Below, one piece after another: positions 33,616 to 37,877 of a DNA stretch of 37,877 nt. The position numbers and the translations under genes were made by a program. The number at the start of each line of letters is the position of its first letter. The stretch's first letter is position 1. Origin of the DNA: a virus (Duplodnaviria > Caudoviricetes); IMG/VR virus record IMGVR_UViG_3300043464_002002, positions 1 through 37,877 of that record, one strand, 5' to 3'. The notes beneath the pieces are model-generated. The model searched no databases. It was not told where the DNA came from and saw only the letters and a program-made list of their open reading frames with translations.

Positions 33616-34878
33616 ATGCAAAGATTTCATGAGAGCGTGACAGGCTACGCAAAAGTTGACCGCGAGGGCGGCGTGATACGAGACGTCCGTGTCATCAAGA
33701 CAACTTCAAAGAACAAGCGTCGCTACCTGGAGCAAGCTCTTAGGTCTGGGATCCCATTGTACGAAGGAGTCACCATTGGCATTGACCATGTGAAGCCAAC
33801 GGCAGGGAATCCCAATCCTGAAAGAGCATTCAGCACATTTTGGGGCAAGCTTCAAAATGTCCGTTGGCATGAGGACGGACTGATTGGTGACCTCCACTAT
33901 CTCAAGTCGCATCCCATGACTGAGCACATCCTCGAGGCAGCCGAGCGCTTCCCAGAGAACTTTGGCTTGTCCCACGATGCCGATGGCGATTCAACCATTG
34001 CTGCCGATGGCTGGCGAGAGATTCGTGAGATTACAAAAGTCTACTCTGTGGACTTAGTCACCAACCCAGGCAGCACGACAGGCCTTTTTGAGTCTCTGGG
34101 CAGGAAAGGCAAGACACGACGAGACAAGCGTCGCGAGAAGCGAAGCAATGCAAACAAGCAGCCACTGGTTGTCAGTGGCTCATTCCAAGAAGGTTTTATT
34201 TTGGGTGGTCAAGCAATGTCTACAGTTATCGATAAGTCAGATACGAAGCGTTTGTTCGAAGAGTACATGGCTGAAGAAATGATGGGTGCCGACTCGATGG
34301 CCAGCTCCATGGATGTCGAGATGGGCAAAGAGGATGTCGGCCTAGAGGAGGCCTTTAAGGCTGAGGCAATGAAGGTCTTGGAAGATACAGCGATGGATTC
34401 AGCTGCAAAGCTTGCCAAGCTCAAGGCTATCTTCAAAGCAAAAGATCAAGTGATGGCAACCCTTGGCGGCGATATGGCAAAGCCAAAATCCGACAGCAAA
34501 ACCGAATCGGTTGAAGCTGCGATAGACGACGAGGACAAGGAAGAGGAAGACGATGAGATGATGAAAGAATCAATGCAAAAGCAACTCGGAGATCTTCAGG
34601 AGGAAAACCGACAGCTAAGGGCCAGCTTGGAACTTGAGCAAGGCAAGATTGTCTGCAAGAAGTTACTTGAGGCAGCCGGCTGTGAGGCTACCGATGTGCG
34701 AATCAATGCCTTATTGCGAACACCTGAAAAGGAACGCAAGGCTTTGTTGGAATCATTCTCCTCCAAGCAAGCGCGCCAGAAGCCTGCAAGCAGTCCTTCT
34801 GCTTTGCTGGAATCGGCAGGCCGGGGAGTGATGGAATATCCCAAAGACATCCAGGACTTCAAATCCGTCCTTCGATAA
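33616..34878 (+). CDS. Prohead protease with C-terminal scaffold domain
   Basis: SKNKRRY, IDHV, FGLSHDADG, SVDLVTNPG, then acidic coiled-coil. Start 33604 or 33616; possible nested scaffold start at ATG 34216. Confidence 0.8.
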   Translation: MQRFHESVTGYAKVDREGGVIRDVRVIKTTSKNKRRYLEQALRSGIPLYEGVTIGIDHVKPTAGNPNPERAFSTFWGKLQNVRWHEDGLIGDLHYLKSHPMTEHILEAAERFPENFGLSHDADGDSTIAADGWREIREITKVYSVDLVTNPGSTTGLFESLGRKGKTRRDKRREKRSNANKQPLVVSGSFQEGFILGGQAMSTVIDKSDTKRLFEEYMAEEMMGADSMASSMDVEMGKEDVGLEEAFKAEAMKVLEDTAMDSAAKLAKLKAIFKAKDQVMATLGGDMAKPKSDSKTESVEAAIDDEDKEEEDDEMMKESMQKQLGDLQEENRQLRASLELEQGKIVCKKLLEAAGCEATDVRINALLRTPEKERKALLESFSSKQARQKPASSPSALLESAGRGVMEYPKDIQDFKSVLR

Positions 34879-34946
34879 GTGTACATGCTTGCCAGTGTGG
34901 CAAGTTTGAAATCGGTTTTTAGTGCTTACTCGGCAAAGAGGATAAA

Positions 34947-35663
34947 ATGCGAGGCTTAGAAATTTCAGGTTCGATCCTTCGAATGACTCAATCAGTTGAG
35001 TTGATGGATCACTTTACCAACAGAGACACAAGTCGTTTCGTGGTTACGGCCACTGACGCGGGAACAGCTACAGTAGGCGATGCAGCCAATGGGATCATGG
35101 TCGTTGCAGCATCGGACGGAACTCCAGTTGACAATGATGAGACCTATGTCGCAACTCCAGAGATTCTTCGGATCGCTGCCGGCCGGCCCTACTACCTGGC
35201 TTGCTTGCTCCAGTTCACAGAAGTTTCCACCAACGCGGCCAACGTCTTCTTTGGTTCTATGGATGCAGTGGCAGCCAATGCGATTGTGGACAACGGCGCG
35301 GGCTTGAAGACATCGTTCTCGGGAGCGGCATTCTTCAAGGTGGATGGTTCTCGGAACTGGAGAGTCATCTACTCTGACGGTTCGACACAAACGATTGCTG
35401 AGTTGAACGCAACGACGTCGCTTCGCAAGCAGGATGAATTGTCGGGAATTGCAGCCTACCAGTTGCTTGAAATCGATGTGATTCCAAAGACCACAACACT
35501 GTGCGATGTGATTTTCAGAATCGATGGATCGACTGTATTCAAGATGCTTGATCGAACCTTTGCCAATGCGACCGATGCAAGCGTTGCAGTCGGAGTCAAG
35601 GCTGGTAGCGCTGTGGCTCAAACTTTGAATGTCGATGCGATTGCTGCCGTTCAGCGGCGGTAA
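34947..35663 (+). CDS. Putative head decoration/structural protein
   Basis: GAGGA RBS; beta-rich; between scaffold and major capsid gene. Confidence 0.6.
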   Translation: MRGLEISGSILRMTQSVELMDHFTNRDTSRFVVTATDAGTATVGDAANGIMVVAASDGTPVDNDETYVATPEILRIAAGRPYYLACLLQFTEVSTNAANVFFGSMDAVAANAIVDNGAGLKTSFSGAAFFKVDGSRNWRVIYSDGSTQTIAELNATTSLRKQDELSGIAAYQLLEIDVIPKTTTLCDVIFRIDGSTVFKMLDRTFANATDASVAVGVKAGSAVAQTLNVDAIAAVQRR

Positions 35664-35730
35664 TCTTTTGTAGTGCTTTCTAGTACTGTTGTTGTTTTTT
35701 CATTTCAGGATTTAAGTCAGGAGATTCACT

Positions 35731-36885
35731 GTGGACCATAAGACCCGTCGGCATCAAGAGCTACGACGACTATACGAGGCTGCTGAGCGCGACAGACGAG
35801 TCGATCGTTTCACAGCCGATTTCAATGTTGCCTTGCGTGAAGAAGGACCTGGGCTTGCTGACCGTTGGTCGGTGCGTCACTTGTTCGAAAACTTTGTTGA
35901 AAATGGTCGCGAGGCAGTCAACTTCCTCCGACCTGCTTCAATGGGTGGCTTTGTCAATTTGCAAGAATCGGTTGGACTGGTTGACACCAGCAACTTTGCA
36001 AACATCATGGGTCAAATCACCTACACGGCAACCTTGAATGGGTTCAACATGCCTGGGTTGATTGGAGATCAACTGGTTGAAACAATCCAGACAGATTTCT
36101 CTGGGGAGAGGATCCCTGGAGTTGGTCGCCTTGGTGATGAGGTCGAAGTTGTCCGCGAGGGCGAGCCATACCCCAATGCAACCTTTGGAGAAGAGTACGT
36201 CGATACTCCTGAAACCATCAAGCGTGGTGTCATTGTCAATGTGACTCGGGAAGCTGTGTTCTTTGATCGCACAGGATTGATTCTGAGCGAAGCAGGCCGA
36301 ACTGGGGCTAGAGTAGCAGTCAACCGCGAGAAGCGAATCCTGGACGTAGTGCTGGGTATTGCGACCATTTATCGTCGCAATGGTGGAGCTGCTCAAGCAA
36401 CCTATGCGTCCGACAACAGTCGATCCAATCCTTTGGTGGACTGGGCAAGCATGGATGCTGCATTGCAAGAGTTCAACGAGATGGTCGACCCGATCACTGG
36501 CGAGCCAATCGTCATGGCACCGACCACCGTTCTAGTTCCAAAGGCACTTGAAAACGCTGCAAGGCGGATCATGAATGCTACGATGGTACGGGTTGCGACT
36601 GCCACTTCAAACAACCAAACCTACACAAATGGAAACCAGGTTGATTCGCCTTACACGGTGGTATCAAGTCCTTACGTTCAATCGCGGTCGGGTTCGGCCA
36701 GTACTTGGTGGCTAGGCGACTTTAGGCAAGGTTTTGTTTACATGCAAAACTGGCCACTGACGGTATTGCAAGAAGGCGCAAACACGGAAGTCGGATTCAC
36801 GCGTGATGTGATTGCACGTTACAGGGTAACCGAGCGAGGAGCCGCGGCGGTTCGCGAAAGACTCTGTGCAGTCCGAAACACATAG
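35731..36885 (+). CDS. Major capsid protein (HK97 fold, Mu gpT-like)
   Basis: AGGAG RBS; VVREGEPYP, KRG.IVNVTREAVFFDRTG, PTTVLVPKALE, VVSSPY, WWLGDF; position after scaffold. Confidence 0.85.
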   Translation: MDHKTRRHQELRRLYEAAERDRRVDRFTADFNVALREEGPGLADRWSVRHLFENFVENGREAVNFLRPASMGGFVNLQESVGLVDTSNFANIMGQITYTATLNGFNMPGLIGDQLVETIQTDFSGERIPGVGRLGDEVEVVREGEPYPNATFGEEYVDTPETIKRGVIVNVTREAVFFDRTGLILSEAGRTGARVAVNREKRILDVVLGIATIYRRNGGAAQATYASDNSRSNPLVDWASMDAALQEFNEMVDPITGEPIVMAPTTVLVPKALENAARRIMNATMVRVATATSNNQTYTNGNQVDSPYTVVSSPYVQSRSGSASTWWLGDFRQGFVYMQNWPLTVLQEGANTEVGFTRDVIARYRVTERGAAAVRERLCAVRNT

Positions 36886-36912
36886 TAGGTTGTTTTCTCA
36901 AAAGCTGATACG

Positions 36913-36950
36913 ATAAAGGGGAGTTGATAATTTGGTTCCCCTTTATTTTT
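36913..36950 (+). terminator. Rho-independent terminator after major capsid gene
   Basis: ATAAAGGGGA...TCCCCTTTAT stem with G-U extension, then T-run. Confidence 0.75.
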
Positions 36951-36963
36951 AAGGTAGAAGCGT

Positions 36964-37449
36964 ATGGCCGATGGTGACAAGAGCAGTAGTGGGATTGAAA
37001 AGGCAATGCGAGAGCTTGAGGCCAGAGAGGCCGCTATCGCAAAGCGAGAGAAAGAAGTTGCTGAAAAAGAGGCAGCAGTAGTCGCGGCTGAGGATTCTTC
37101 CAAGACCCGACCTTTGCGAGCCACTGAAAACGTGTACAAGGGGGAATTTCCTTACATGTTCGAGGTTCGATCTGTCAACAACAACCCTGACGTTCCCACG
37201 AAACACATCGAGTGTTGTGATGAATCTGAAGCAAAGCGTTGGTATCAAGTGACCACGCCGCACCCAAAGAATGTCACCAAGCAAATTGATCTTGTTACTT
37301 TCCCTGTAAATGTGGTTTGCTTGAGCCCAGAACGCAGTGAACGTCTTGGGAAGGCAAAGCGTCTTGCAGGCATAGCAAAGCGTTTAGAGGCAGGATTCGC
37401 GTTGAGCAAGGAAGATCAAGCCTTGCTGGCCGAAGCCGAAACAACTTGA
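36964..37449 (+). CDS. Hypothetical protein (head-tail region)
   Basis: 161-aa ORF following the capsid gene. Confidence 0.7.
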   Translation: MADGDKSSSGIEKAMRELEAREAAIAKREKEVAEKEAAVVAAEDSSKTRPLRATENVYKGEFPYMFEVRSVNNNPDVPTKHIECCDESEAKRWYQVTTPHPKNVTKQIDLVTFPVNVVCLSPERSERLGKAKRLAGIAKRLEAGFALSKEDQALLAEAETT

Positions 37450-37468
37450 TTGGGGGTGATCTTAATCT

Positions 37469-37678
37469 ATGGCAAAGAAATACTTAGTGAATTTGGACGG
37501 TTACGAGAGCTTGCAGGATGCAGAAGATGCATCTGAAGCTATTCGTCTGGCCCGATGTGAGTCTTGTTTGGCAAGCGTAGTTTGTGTCCGTTGCACAGAG
37601 TGCATCGAGACCGCGCCGGTAGAGCTAGTTGAGGCCGACAGCGACGACCAAGACCAAAGTAACTTGCTTGCAGACTAG
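37469..37678 (+). CDS. Small hypothetical protein
   Basis: GGGGTGA RBS; CxxC..CxxCxxC. Confidence 0.5.
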   Translation: MAKKYLVNLDGYESLQDAEDASEAIRLARCESCLASVVCVRCTECIETAPVELVEADSDDQDQSNLLAD

Positions 37679-37785
37679 CTGCGCAAGCCTCCGATTGACT
37701 GCCGAAATTCGGCAGGATACAAAAACATTGAATGGGCAGCACGCAGTGTGTTGCCTGATTTAGTAATTTCAAAAGAGAAGAGACT

Positions 37786-37877
37786 ATGGGTATGATCACC
37801 GAGCTATCCCTACAGGAACAAGTTGTCATAGGCGGCGAAAAAATCGCTGTTCACAAATGGCAGCTAAATAACCAACA
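37786..37877 (+). CDS. Hypothetical protein, 3'-truncated by window edge
   Basis: Purine-rich leader, ATG 37786, open to the end (MGMITELSLQEQVV...). Confidence 0.4.
   Translation, partial: MGMITELSLQEQVVIGGEKIAVHKWQLNNQ

Noticed and set aside
34888-34907. CTTGCCA-GTG-TGGCAAG hairpin after the scaffold gene as a terminator
   Set aside because: Only three T's follow and it lies mid-operon before the capsid gene; too weak to call.
1-37877. Genome-wide stop-codon reassignment implied by a possible TCA anticodon
   Set aside because: Conserved genes (RecE-like, erf, helicase, terL) end at TGA at expected lengths and are not fragmented under the standard code.

Overview
A 37.9-kb segment of a tailed dsDNA phage or prophage genome. 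Almost all genes are on the + strand, and gene content plus an attC-type site suggest a Planctomycetota-like host (inference). In order: (1) a ~500-nt highly structured non-coding region ending in a terminator; (2) early genes, including an Nmad1/DUF1599 gene and a Ycf46-like AAA ATPase with swapped Walker motifs next to DUF3150/DUF1257/DUF2997-like genes; (3) an integron-type gene cassette; (4) recombination/replication genes (RecE-like exonuclease, Erf, ParB-like, SF2 helicase, HNH, RuvC-like); (5) a sigma factor, a ParB-like gene and a GREB1/TAGT-like glycosyltransferase; (6) an atypical tRNA and the large terminase; (7) accessory genes ending in an ADP-ribosylglycohydrolase and a Cys-based phosphatase; (8) head genes. 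The best candidate novel system is a 1438-aa portal protein carrying a C-terminal kinase-like domain and an R-S-E ADP-ribosyltransferase. It is followed by an overlapping acidic candidate immunity gene and preceded by the two matching eraser enzymes. A repeated bipartite promoter (TGTC-N17-GCGTTCTRTA) marks early/accessory operons. All family calls come from motif recognition by eye; no searches were run.
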